A stretch of 64,000 bases of DNA from a virus (lineage: Duplodnaviria > Caudoviricetes). Below the pieces are notes generated by a model that saw only the letters and a list, made by a program, of their open reading frames with translations, was not told the origin of the DNA and made no database searches. Positions 55,397 through 64,000 of the stretch are shown here, piece by piece. The translations under genes were made by a program, and so were the position numbers. Position 1 is the first letter of the stretch; the number at the start of each line of letters is the position of its first letter. The stretch spans positions 32,001 to 96,000 of IMG/VR virus record IMGVR_UViG_3300020576_005257; one strand, written 5' to 3'.

Positions 55397-57518
55397 AAGA
55401 CTCTGCGGAGTTTCTAGAGATAAAAACGGAAAGTATATAGGTAAGTATGTGTACCTTTCAGGTGAAGCTGACCAAATCCTTTTAGAACAATTATGTGAAT
55501 CATGGCTTGAAACTTATAAACAAGATGATTCTTTTTATCTAACTATAGATCTTGAAACCCAAGGACTTGATCCAATTAACTGTCAAATCCTTTTAATATC
55601 AGTTTCTTGGAATGGCAGACACGCCGCAGTATTTTCCCCATACTTCTTATGGGGTAAAAAGAATAGTACAGGTGTTGGAAGAAGTTATGACTTATGGCTT
55701 GAAGTACTTAGAACTATTCCTATAAATAACCAGAATACAAAATTTGATGGTAAGTTCTTACTTGCTAAGTATAAAATTCTAATTAACTATCTATTTTGTA
55801 CTTTAAGTGGTGCCCAGCTTGGGTGGCCTGGAGCATTTCCAGGTGATAGGTTTGCTTTAGATGTTATTGCTAAGAACCTTCTAAAGCCGATAGAGCTTTC
55901 TAAAGAACTACAGACAAGTTTTGTAGGCCAACCAGTTGAACAAGAGTTCACAGAGGATCAAGTAGCCTATGCTGCCAGTGATACACTTATTACTCATCGT
56001 CTTTTTCCTAAGATTAAACAAAGATTAGTAAATGAGGGTTTGTGGCATCTTTGGGAGGAGATGGAGTGTAAATGTATTTCATTTCTCACTAAGTCAGAAT
56101 ACAAAGGTATTTTAGTAGACAATGATGCTATTAATACTAGTTATGAAACTAATCTCGATAAGGTCTATCAACTAGAGCTTGCATTAAATGAAGAGTACTT
56201 AAAAATTCCTGAAGATATAAGACCTGTATTTCCTAAAGAAATTTTTAATGCTAAATCTTACAAACAGATATTAGAAGTAGCTGATGTTTTAGGTATTAAA
56301 CTTAGTGGTACAGGCCTTGACATTCTTAAAGAGATTAGAGTACAACACCCACATAAAATTTTAGATTTACTTGTAGACCATAAAGAAATCTATACTAGAT
56401 ATATTAAAACTATTAAGAAATGGGTAGAAGAATGTATTAATCCTGTTACTGGATGTATTCACCCTACCTACTATGTAAATGGTGCTTGGCGCACAAGTCG
56501 TCTTTCATCGTCGGACCCCAATAGCCAGAACATCCCTCCAGAGCTTAGAAGTTGCTTTATAGCTAGAAAAGATCATAAATTAGTTACTACGGACTTAAGT
56601 CAATTTGAATTTAGAGGTTGTGCAGGCATTACTCGTGAACAATATTTAATTGATGTCTTCCATAGAAGAGCAGAGAAACTGGAGGAGATTAGAGGGCTTG
56701 CTAAAAAGTACGGCTACATTGATCCTGATGGTTTTGTTAAAGATGTGCGTAAAGGTAAAGTAGCCAATATCACTAAAGGAGAAACTGAATTTGCTGTTTA
56801 TTTTGGTACTCTTGATATTCATAGAATGAATGCTGCCCTAATTTTTGGCTGTAAAGTTGAAGATGTAACAGATGTAGCTAGAACTATTACTAAAACATTA
56901 GGCTATGCTTTACTTTATGGTTCTGGTCCTGGGACCATTATGGAGCAACTTTATGGTGAAGGTATTACTGATATTCCTATCAAAGATATTATTAAGCACA
57001 GAGAAACTTTCTTTTCTGAGCTTCCTAAGGTAAAAGCTTTTATTGAACAAGTACATAAAGACGTATTGAATCCTGGCTATATTCAAAATACTATGGGAAG
57101 AAGAAGATACTTCTCACTTCCTCCCAAGTATATGGGCAATAAGTATACTAGAGAACTTGCTGATGCTCAAAGAGAAGCTGTTAACTGGCATTTCCAATCT
57201 AGTAATGCAGATGCTCTTAAAATGGCTATGCCTATGATGGATGAAATATTTATGGCAAAATACTCAGAAATGTATAAATTTAATCCTCAAATGGAGTATA
57301 ATAATGAGGTAGAGGAAACGTTTTATAGGTTATTTGGTGATGTTCCAATTTGCCTTTTAAATGTGCATGATGAAGTAGTTGTAGAAGCTCATCAAGATAT
57401 CGTAGATGATACTGCATCAATTACAGTTGCTTGTATGGTAGAATGTGGGGGTAAATCCATAAACTATTCTTGCCCTATAGAGTCGAGTGTAATTATTTCA
57501 GATTCCTGGGCAAAGTGA
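55341..57518 (+). CDS. polA: family A DNA polymerase (3'-5' exonuclease plus polymerase)
   Basis: ExoI DLETQG, ExoII NTKFD, ExoIII YAASD; TSRLSSSDPNSQNIP; motif A DLSQFEFR; motif B RTITKTLGYALLYG; motif C VHDE. Confidence 0.95.
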   Translation: MAKKKFSGIQEAQHPETIRRLCGVSRDKNGKYIGKYVYLSGEADQILLEQLCESWLETYKQDDSFYLTIDLETQGLDPINCQILLISVSWNGRHAAVFSPYFLWGKKNSTGVGRSYDLWLEVLRTIPINNQNTKFDGKFLLAKYKILINYLFCTLSGAQLGWPGAFPGDRFALDVIAKNLLKPIELSKELQTSFVGQPVEQEFTEDQVAYAASDTLITHRLFPKIKQRLVNEGLWHLWEEMECKCISFLTKSEYKGILVDNDAINTSYETNLDKVYQLELALNEEYLKIPEDIRPVFPKEIFNAKSYKQILEVADVLGIKLSGTGLDILKEIRVQHPHKILDLLVDHKEIYTRYIKTIKKWVEECINPVTGCIHPTYYVNGAWRTSRLSSSDPNSQNIPPELRSCFIARKDHKLVTTDLSQFEFRGCAGITREQYLIDVFHRRAEKLEEIRGLAKKYGYIDPDGFVKDVRKGKVANITKGETEFAVYFGTLDIHRMNAALIFGCKVEDVTDVARTITKTLGYALLYGSGPGTIMEQLYGEGITDIPIKDIIKHRETFFSELPKVKAFIEQVHKDVLNPGYIQNTMGRRRYFSLPPKYMGNKYTRELADAQREAVNWHFQSSNADALKMAMPMMDEIFMAKYSEMYKFNPQMEYNNEVEETFYRLFGDVPICLLNVHDEVVVEAHQDIVDDTASITVACMVECGGKSINYSCPIESSVIISDSWAK

Positions 57519-57557
57519 CCTTATTAACATAGGATTACTGTTCCTTCTATTGAGCAT

Positions 57558-58397
57558 ATGGTAGAAGTTTATTTGATATTAAATACACTTAATGGAAATG
57601 TTTATATAGGTCAATCTGTAAATCTAAAAGTCAGATGGGGTCAACATCGTTATTCTTTAAGAAACAGTAAACATCATTGTCCTCATCTTCAAAGAGCCTG
57701 GTCGAAATATGGAGAAGAATCATTTGATTGGATAGTAGTAGAAAGTAACCTTTCTCAAGAGGAAGCTAACTTATACGAACAAGCTTATATTGAGTGGTAT
57801 GCTGGACTAGAATTAGCATATAATCCAACTTGGAGGCATAAAGGTAAAGGAAAAATGTCTGCTGAACAAATTTCTAGAATCTCAGAAAACCATAAGAGAT
57901 TAGGAATTAGGCCTCCTACTAGAAAAGGAATTTCACCTTCTCTAGAAGCTATTGAAAAGCAGAAACAGACATACCAAAAAAATGCTCCACCAAAGAAAAA
58001 ACATTATTGTTCTACTTGTGGAAATGAGAAATCTTTTTATTATCGAAAATACTGTGATAAGTGCTTAGATAAAGCAAGAAAAGATTATGCAAAAACTCGC
58101 ATCTGTTCTGAAGAACAAAGAAAAAAAATTAGTGAGTCCAAAAAGGGTATATTTCCTTCTCAAGAATCTAAGAAAAAAATCAGTGAATCTAGTAAAGGAA
58201 AAGTTCCTAAAAACCTAACTTCTCTTCATGAAGCGAGTAGAAGAACATTCACAGTTGTTGATCCTGAAGGAAATGTAATAACAGCTTCAGGTCTAACTAA
58301 ATTTGCTTTAGAACATAATTTACATAGAAGGATGTTTAGAGATCTTTTATCTGGTAAAATAAAAGTATACAAAGGTTGGACTTTACCACAAGAGTAA
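57558..58397 (+). mobile_element. free-standing GIY-YIG homing endonuclease with NUMOD3-like repeats
   Basis: EVYLILNTLNGNVYIGQS..RWGQH..LQRAWSKYGEESF; SEEQRKKISES and SQESKKKISES repeats; YKGW end. Confidence 0.9.
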
Positions 58398-58421
58398 GAT
58401 AAATTTAATAAAGAGAAAAAC

Positions 58422-59492
58422 ATGGCAAACGAACTAGATTCCATTATAACAAAGATTAACAATAGGTATGCTAAAGGCACTACTGATACTAAACCTATTA
58501 TCGTAAGAGGTGAAGCTATTAAGGAAACCCTTAAGCCTGTATATGTCCCAACTGGCATTCAAGAATTAGATGATGCTCTTGGTGGTGGTATTCCTAAAGG
58601 AGCTAGTATTTGCGTATATGGGGATCCAGGTTGTGGTAAAACTAGCTTAGCCTTAATGGTTATAGTTCAAATTCAAAAGGCTGGGGGAGTGGCTGTATGG
58701 GTTAATGCTGAGCCCCCGTTTCCGTATGAGGCAGCTATGATGTTAGGAGTTGATTTAGATGCTCTTTATATTATCAATGCTAAAGATTATGGTGAGCAGA
58801 TTCTTGACGTTCTTAGAGAGTTACTCTTTGATTCTAAAAATCGAATTACCAGAAGTGTTGTTGATATAGTTGCAGTTGACTCTATTAATGGCCTCATTCC
58901 TAAGGCTCAGATCGACAGTGTGGAAGACAAAGGGTCAGAGGGTCATACAATGGGTAGAAGGGCTGCAATGCTCTCTAAATGGCTTGAGGAGGTAGCAGGA
59001 AGAGCTATGCTTCGAGAAGGAGCTATCCTTTTTAATATTGCTCAAAAGAGAGTTGATATTAATGCTTATGGTGCTCCTGAAAAAGCTTCTGGAGGAAAGG
59101 GTTTACAGTTCCTTGCTAAGGTTACTGTATGGATGAAGAAGAAGAGAATTGATGGTGTTTCATGGGCTTTAGGCCATGAAGTTGCTTTCGGTGTTGAAAA
59201 GAACAATGTCTCTTGTAAATTAGGAGAAGGTTCTTATCAGGTAATGTATGGAATAGGAGTTAATGACTCTTTAAAAATCATTACTGAAGCCTTTGAAAAG
59301 AATTTAATTCAAAAAGTAAAAGGAAAAGTTTATCAGGTGGTATTGCCCGATGAGGTAGTAACATTTGATGAGGGCATTGATTCTGTTAGAAATCACATTA
59401 AATCAAATGTTGAATTCAAAAATAGGATCAAAAAAGCTCTTGAAGATGGTTTCAATCCAAACGAAACCAATAACGAAAATACAGGTGAATAA
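58422..59492 (+). CDS. recA: RecA/UvsX-like recombinase
   Basis: PTGIQELDDALGGGIPKG, GDPGCGKT, WVNAE, VAVDSI, SGGKGLQF, EKN. Confidence 0.92.
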   Translation: MANELDSIITKINNRYAKGTTDTKPIIVRGEAIKETLKPVYVPTGIQELDDALGGGIPKGASICVYGDPGCGKTSLALMVIVQIQKAGGVAVWVNAEPPFPYEAAMMLGVDLDALYIINAKDYGEQILDVLRELLFDSKNRITRSVVDIVAVDSINGLIPKAQIDSVEDKGSEGHTMGRRAAMLSKWLEEVAGRAMLREGAILFNIAQKRVDINAYGAPEKASGGKGLQFLAKVTVWMKKKRIDGVSWALGHEVAFGVEKNNVSCKLGEGSYQVMYGIGVNDSLKIITEAFEKNLIQKVKGKVYQVVLPDEVVTFDEGIDSVRNHIKSNVEFKNRIKKALEDGFNPNETNNENTGE

Positions 59493-59499
59493 CTAAAAA

Positions 59500-59943
59500 A
59501 TGATTACAGCTCAAGCTCTGGGTCGCTTAACAAGAGATCCAGAAACGAAAACACTTAAAAACGGAACTATTACCGTTTTTACCGTTGCGTCTACTAATCG
59601 AGGAAAAAGTAACGATGAACAACCTACCTCAACTTTTGTGAACTGCTCCTTCTGGGGTCCCAGAGGTGAAACGTTTGCTAAATTCCACAAGAAGGGTCAA
59701 ATGGCTTTTGTGTGGGGTGAACTCTTTGAGAGATCTTATGAAGGAGCTAATGGTCCTGGGAAGTCTCTTGATATGACTGTTTCTGATTTCGGATTCCCAG
59801 AATCTAGAAAGTCAAATGATTCTGATGAAGAAGCTCCAGCTGTAGGGATCAAACCTACTGCTAAAACTAGTACTGCTCCCAGAGCAAAGGTAGGAGCTAA
59901 GTCTAGTAGTATTGATGACTATGACCCCTTCGCTGAAGACTAA
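59500..59943 (+). CDS. ssb: single-stranded DNA-binding protein
   Basis: GRLTRDPE, FTVA, FVNCSFWG, KKG..V.GEL; acidic tail DDYDPFAED. Confidence 0.93.
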   Translation: MITAQALGRLTRDPETKTLKNGTITVFTVASTNRGKSNDEQPTSTFVNCSFWGPRGETFAKFHKKGQMAFVWGELFERSYEGANGPGKSLDMTVSDFGFPESRKSNDSDEEAPAVGIKPTAKTSTAPRAKVGAKSSSIDDYDPFAED

Positions 59944-60364
59944 TCAGACATTTAAGTTTGTAGTAGTAGGTACCTCTTATATTAAGGGGGCCTACTTACA
60001 ATGTATTTCGGCGGAAAGCGGTATTCCGTTGGAATTAAGAAGTGAACCTGACAATGAGTATGATAAAGATGCTATTGGGGTTTACTTAGATGATATGAAA
60101 ATAGGCTATGTTCCTAATCAAGGATTTTCATGTTCAAACTGTTGGGCACCAATGGATCCTAAAACATATGCCTGTAAAGAATGCGGTGAACATGAACACA
60201 TCGTAGAAAGAGGACTGGCTACTAGGTTAACAAATCTAAAAGTTCTGGAGTCAAAACACGGTTGTGTAATAACCGAAATAAAAGAAAAGCAGAAGTCTGC
60301 TCCGTTATCTGTAACGTTGGTTACAGCAATGGATCCGACATTTTCTTCCTTAAATGAGGAATAA
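59912..60364 (+). CDS. HIRAN domain protein with inserted Zn ribbon
   Basis: VVGTSY, LRSEPDNEYDKDAIGVY, KIGYVP, then CSNC...CKEC before GLATRL. Confidence 0.85.
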   Translation: MMTMTPSLKTNQTFKFVVVGTSYIKGAYLQCISAESGIPLELRSEPDNEYDKDAIGVYLDDMKIGYVPNQGFSCSNCWAPMDPKTYACKECGEHEHIVERGLATRLTNLKVLESKHGCVITEIKEKQKSAPLSVTLVTAMDPTFSSLNEE

Positions 60365-60370
60365 ATAATA

Positions 60371-60525
60371 AAGTTAGGTCTTCCTAAAAAATAGGCCTAA
60401 CTTATTCCTCTATTAATAAAACCCCATCTATCAAACATTATTACTCCCTGTAATAGATGGCAGTTTTAGACGTAATACTCATTACGTTATATTTAAACTA
60501 TTGCAACTAAACGCTTGGTTTAGTT
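60371..60525 (+). promoter_or_regulatory. four-hairpin intergenic/leader region upstream of RNR
   Basis: Stems at 60371-60403, 60424-60460, 60470-60487 and 60505-60525. Confidence 0.45.
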
Positions 60526-60561
60526 CATTAATGGAGTATTGTATTTGCGGAGAATTGTGAA

Positions 60562-63500
60562 TTGAAAAAAGAAAGGAACTTTCTTGCCAACCTGAAATTA
60601 TATTCAGACTACCTAGGTTACAGAGATGACCTGAATCGTTACGAAACTTGGGATGAAGCCGTTGATGATGTAATGAATACTCATCGTAAAAAGTATTCTC
60701 ATTACCTACAAGATCTTGAACCATATTTAAAAGAAGCTACTGAAGCTTACAAAGAAAAAAGATTCTTAGCTTCTCAAAGAATGCTCCAGTTTAGAGGAGA
60801 TTCTCTTTTTAACCATGAATTTAAGGCTTATAATTGTTTAGTTTTATATTCTGATAAACCCTCTTATTTAGGCAACGCTTTTTACTTGTTGCTTTGTGGT
60901 TGTGGTGTCGGTCTGAATATGATGACACCTTTTGTTGACTTATTACCACCTATTCAAAGTAGAACTAAAGGAACTAAGACATTTAAAATTCCTGATAATA
61001 TTGAGGGGTGGGCACAAGCTGCTCATATTCTAGTAAACTCCTATTTGTCATATGGATCGTCTGACAAATTTAAAGAATATAATGGTTATGTAATTAAATT
61101 TGATTATAGTGAAATCAGGCCTAGAGGATCTAGAGTAGGTCGTAGATTTAAAGCTCCTGGACCAGATGGTTTGCAAAAGTCATTTGAGCAGATTGAAGCT
61201 TTGATGAATAGTTATGTCGAAGACTTTGAGAAACCTTTTAGTTCTCTTATTGCTTATGACATTTTTATGCATCTATCTGATGCTGTTCTTTCTGGTGGTG
61301 TAAGAAGAAGTGCTTGTTCAATCATCATCTCTCCTGAAGATCACGATCTAGTTAATGCTAAAGTAGGTAATTGGAGAGAAAAGAATCCACAAAGAGCCAG
61401 ATCTAATAACTCGGTAGGGTTGTTAAGACATAAATTTACTGAACAAGAATTTAGAGATCTAGTAGAAAAAAATGATGGTATGTCAGATTTGGGGTTTGTT
61501 TTCCTCAACAATATGTATGAGATTCTTAACCCATGTGTAATTGGAGAAACTTGGGTCAATACTTCTGAAGGTGTTAAACAAGTTTATGACTTAATTGATC
61601 GTCCTTTTAATGCTGTTGTTGATGGTAAAGAATATAGTTCTAAGGGATTTTGGCTTGTTGGAAGTAAGAAATCAATTAATCTTAAATTCAAGTCTGGAAG
61701 AGATATTACTTTAACTAATGGACATATGCTCAAACTTCAAACTGGACAGTGGATGAGGGCTGAAGATATAAGAATGGGTGAAGCAGTTTTACTAAATAAT
61801 AATAGAACTTTCACAAAGCCTGTAGATTATTCTTCTCCAGATTTTTCCAAAGGTTATTTGGTAGGTTCTGTAATTGGTGATGGAAACTTTAGTAAACTTT
61901 CAGCCGAAATTAAGTTTTGGGATAATAAATCTGAAATGCATTCTATGTGTTTAGATCATTTGTCTAATGCTGAAATGTTAAACTCAAGACACAGAGAACA
62001 TAAAGAATCTAAGCTTGCTACTTATTCTTGTTTAACCTCTAATAAAGTTTATGATCTAATGAAAGATCTTGGTTGTGTAACAGACTCTGGGGATAAGATT
62101 TTGGGTGATTCATGTCTAAAACAATCTTCAGAGTTTACAGTTGGTTTCCTTCAAGGATATTTTGATGCTGATGGTTCAGTTCAAGGTAATATAGAAAAAG
62201 GTGTATCTATTAGATTAACTAGTTCAGATATGAAGAACATGAAAAATGTTCAAGAACTATTATTAAGTTTAGGTATTGTTTCTACTATCTATAAAGATCG
62301 ACAACCTGAAGGCTATAGAACTCTTCCTGATGGTAAAGGTGGTCAAGCTCAGTATTGGTGTCGTGCGGGCCATGAGTTAGTCATTAGCAGAGATTCTATA
62401 CTTGAGTATCAAAGACTCATCAATTTCAGTAATCCAGATAAAAAGAAACATTTATCAGAGCTTTTAGATTCTTATTCTAGGTCTTTATACAAATCAAACT
62501 TTTATGATGAAGTAACTGGTATTGAAGATGCTGGTTATCAAATGGTATATGATTGTTCAGTTGAAGATGTTCATGCTTTTTCAGCTAATGGCTTAGTAGC
62601 TCATAATTGTTTTGAGATTGGCTTTACCCCATTAATTTTTGATTATTCTGATAAGAGTATTATGGAGAGGATTATGAAGTCTGATCCTACTTTGTTGACA
62701 GATGGGTCTATTAGAACAGCTATTCAATGTTGTAATCTTAACGAAGGTAATGCTCAGTTATGTAAAACTGAGAAAGATTTCTACTTGATGTGTAGAACTG
62801 CTGCCATTGTTGGAACTCTTCAAGCAGGATATACTAATTTTGCTAATATTGAAGATTGCTTAGAAGATACAATTTATGTTTCTCAAAAAGAAGCTTTACT
62901 TGGAGTATCTATTAGTGGTTGGTGTAATCAACCATGGCTCTTTAATCCAGAAGTACTTCAAAAAGGAGCTAAGATAGTATTAGATACTAACGAAGAAGTA
63001 GCTAAGATTATTGGAATTAATCCTACTGCTAGAGCAACTACTGTTAAACCTTCTGGTAATTCTTCTGTTATCTTAGGTTGTGCTTCTGGTATTCATCCAG
63101 AACACTCTGAAAAGTATTTCAGAGTTATGCAACTTAATAAAGATACTGAAGTAGGAGTTTGGGTAAATAAAAATATGCCTTTACTTCTGGAAGAAGGGGT
63201 CTATTCTTCTAATCAAACTGACTATGCTGTTTTTGTTCCTATTGAGAATGATCCAGGCACTTTATATAAAGAAGAACTTCAAGGTGTTAAGCATTTAGAA
63301 CTAATTAAGTTAGTTAAAGATAATTGGGTAAACTATGGTAAAGTAGAAGAAAGATGTATTGTTCCTACTACTTCACATAATGTTAGCAACACTGTTATTA
63401 TTGATGATAGAGAAGAAATTATCCAGTATTTAATGAAGAACCAAGATAGTTTTACTGCTGTTAGTTTTATTACTTTGTTTGGTGATAAGGACTATAATCA

Positions 63501-63924
63501 AGCACCTAATACTTCTGTCTTAACTTTTGAAGAGATCGCTAACAAATATGGTAAAGGATGTTTGTTTGCATCTGGTATTATTGTTGATGGTCTTCATTAC
63601 TTTAATCAAAACTTATGGGATGCTTGTGAACATATTTTGTATAACAAAACTCCCATTGGTACAAGAGAACAAGTTCTTTTAAAGAACTCTTGGATTGCAA
63701 GAGTTAAGAAGTTTGCCAAAAACTATTTCAAAAATGATATTAATAGAACTATTTATTGTTTAAAAGATGTGCATCTTTGTCATAAGTGGGAATCTATTAC
63801 AAGAGAAATGAAAGATGTAGATTTTACAGAAATCCTTAAAGCCCCAGTCTATCTAGAATTAGATACTATGGGTGCTCAAGCTTGCCATGGTGGTAGCTGT
63901 GAAATTGTTACATTAGGAAAATAA
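60562..63924 (+). CDS. ribonucleotide reductase large subunit (NrdJ-monomeric-like or T5-type NrdA), intein-containing
   Basis: RYETWDEAV, YNC, LLLCGCGVG, SGGVRRSA, RARSNNS, NP[intein]CFEI, CNLNE, TTVKPSGNSS, C-terminal CHGGSC. Confidence 0.93.
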   Translation: MKKERNFLANLKLYSDYLGYRDDLNRYETWDEAVDDVMNTHRKKYSHYLQDLEPYLKEATEAYKEKRFLASQRMLQFRGDSLFNHEFKAYNCLVLYSDKPSYLGNAFYLLLCGCGVGLNMMTPFVDLLPPIQSRTKGTKTFKIPDNIEGWAQAAHILVNSYLSYGSSDKFKEYNGYVIKFDYSEIRPRGSRVGRRFKAPGPDGLQKSFEQIEALMNSYVEDFEKPFSSLIAYDIFMHLSDAVLSGGVRRSACSIIISPEDHDLVNAKVGNWREKNPQRARSNNSVGLLRHKFTEQEFRDLVEKNDGMSDLGFVFLNNMYEILNPCVIGETWVNTSEGVKQVYDLIDRPFNAVVDGKEYSSKGFWLVGSKKSINLKFKSGRDITLTNGHMLKLQTGQWMRAEDIRMGEAVLLNNNRTFTKPVDYSSPDFSKGYLVGSVIGDGNFSKLSAEIKFWDNKSEMHSMCLDHLSNAEMLNSRHREHKESKLATYSCLTSNKVYDLMKDLGCVTDSGDKILGDSCLKQSSEFTVGFLQGYFDADGSVQGNIEKGVSIRLTSSDMKNMKNVQELLLSLGIVSTIYKDRQPEGYRTLPDGKGGQAQYWCRAGHELVISRDSILEYQRLINFSNPDKKKHLSELLDSYSRSLYKSNFYDEVTGIEDAGYQMVYDCSVEDVHAFSANGLVAHNCFEIGFTPLIFDYSDKSIMERIMKSDPTLLTDGSIRTAIQCCNLNEGNAQLCKTEKDFYLMCRTAAIVGTLQAGYTNFANIEDCLEDTIYVSQKEALLGVSISGWCNQPWLFNPEVLQKGAKIVLDTNEEVAKIIGINPTARATTVKPSGNSSVILGCASGIHPEHSEKYFRVMQLNKDTEVGVWVNKNMPLLLEEGVYSSNQTDYAVFVPIENDPGTLYKEELQGVKHLELIKLVKDNWVNYGKVEERCIVPTTSHNVSNTVIIDDREEIIQYLMKNQDSFTAVSFITLFGDKDYNQAPNTSVLTFEEIANKYGKGCLFASGIIVDGLHYFNQNLWDACEHILYNKTPIGTREQVLLKNSWIARVKKFAKNYFKNDINRTIYCLKDVHLCHKWESITREMKDVDFTEILKAPVYLELDTMGAQACHGGSCEIVTLGK
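61534..62607 (+). mobile_element. intein (358 aa) with LAGLIDADG homing endonuclease
   Basis: Starts CVIGETWV; block B TLTNGH; YLVGSVIGDG and FLQGYFDADG; ends VYDCSV..HAFSANGLVAHN followed by the +1 Cys. Confidence 0.95.
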
Positions 63925-64000
63925 AAAAATGAATTTAACAATTACAGGTAGTAATGAGATTTTTGATCTCGAAGTTTTGATAGTGGTACAATCTATTAAT

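Noticed and set aside
57519-58421. Group I intron interrupting polA and carrying the GIY-YIG ORF
   Set aside because: polA ends with a complete C-terminus (motif C then SDSWAK*), recA starts intact, and the flanks (39 and 24 nt) are too short for an intron core.
60365-60561. Cobalamin riboswitch upstream of RNR
   Set aside because: The conserved B12-box and GGGAA core elements were not found.
2081-61559. Minus-strand ORFs and short alternate-frame plus-strand ORFs in the track (e.g. 2081-2287, 11175-11525, 35072-35413, 49600-49971, 58226-58558)
   Set aside because: They lie opposite or inside longer + strand genes, have no recognisable motifs, and look like shadow ORFs.
1-64000. tRNA genes, CRISPR arrays, stop-codon reassignment
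   Set aside because: No cloverleaf or regularly spaced direct repeats were seen by eye. Conserved enzymes are full length in the standard code, with TAA, TAG and TGA all used as stops.

Overview
This is a 64-kb segment of a large, AT-rich dsDNA bacteriophage genome. Genes are densely packed, essentially all on the + strand, and read in the standard genetic code. I saw no tRNA, rRNA or CRISPR array. Layout: (1) about 0-7 kb, accessory genes (HD hydrolase, macro-like protein, metallophosphoesterase, transglycosylase-like protein, small outer-membrane beta-barrel, HTH regulator). (2) About 6.9-16.6 kb, a candidate phage-encoded ubiquitin-like conjugation locus: a tandem array of paralogs sharing a Y-x-G-x-x-[YFW] strand and a conserved Cys (E2-like by inference; two more copies at 34.7 and 36.9 kb), an apparently highly expressed protein ending in Gly (Ubl candidate) followed by a four-hairpin RNA element, a ThiF/E1-like adenylating enzyme, and an 860-aa multidomain protein with a possible Cys-His peptidase core and a -1 slippery site. 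(3) 16.8-21.5 kb, a compact transcription module: ECF-sigma-like factor, SF2 helicase and a very small two-subunit two-barrel RNA polymerase (419-aa beta-prime-like subunit with RxPxL and DGDGD; 476-aa beta-like subunit) with a Zn-ribbon gene between the subunits. (4) MoxR-AAA plus vWA pair, degenerate RecA paralog and a Zn-finger array. (5) Replication, repair and nucleotide metabolism: dUTPase, DnaB-like helicase, resolvase, primase, UDG with Cys4 insert, IMPDH/GMPR, ThyX, dNMP kinase, dCMP deaminase, HD nucleotidase, and a split Rad50/SbcC around Mre11/SbcD. (6) A tail-fibre block at 45.5-53.1 kb. (7) Family A DNA polymerase, free-standing GIY-YIG endonuclease, RecA, SSB, HIRAN protein and a ribonucleotide reductase with a LAGLIDADG intein at the catalytic Cys. 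All family assignments come from motif recognition by eye; no database search was run.
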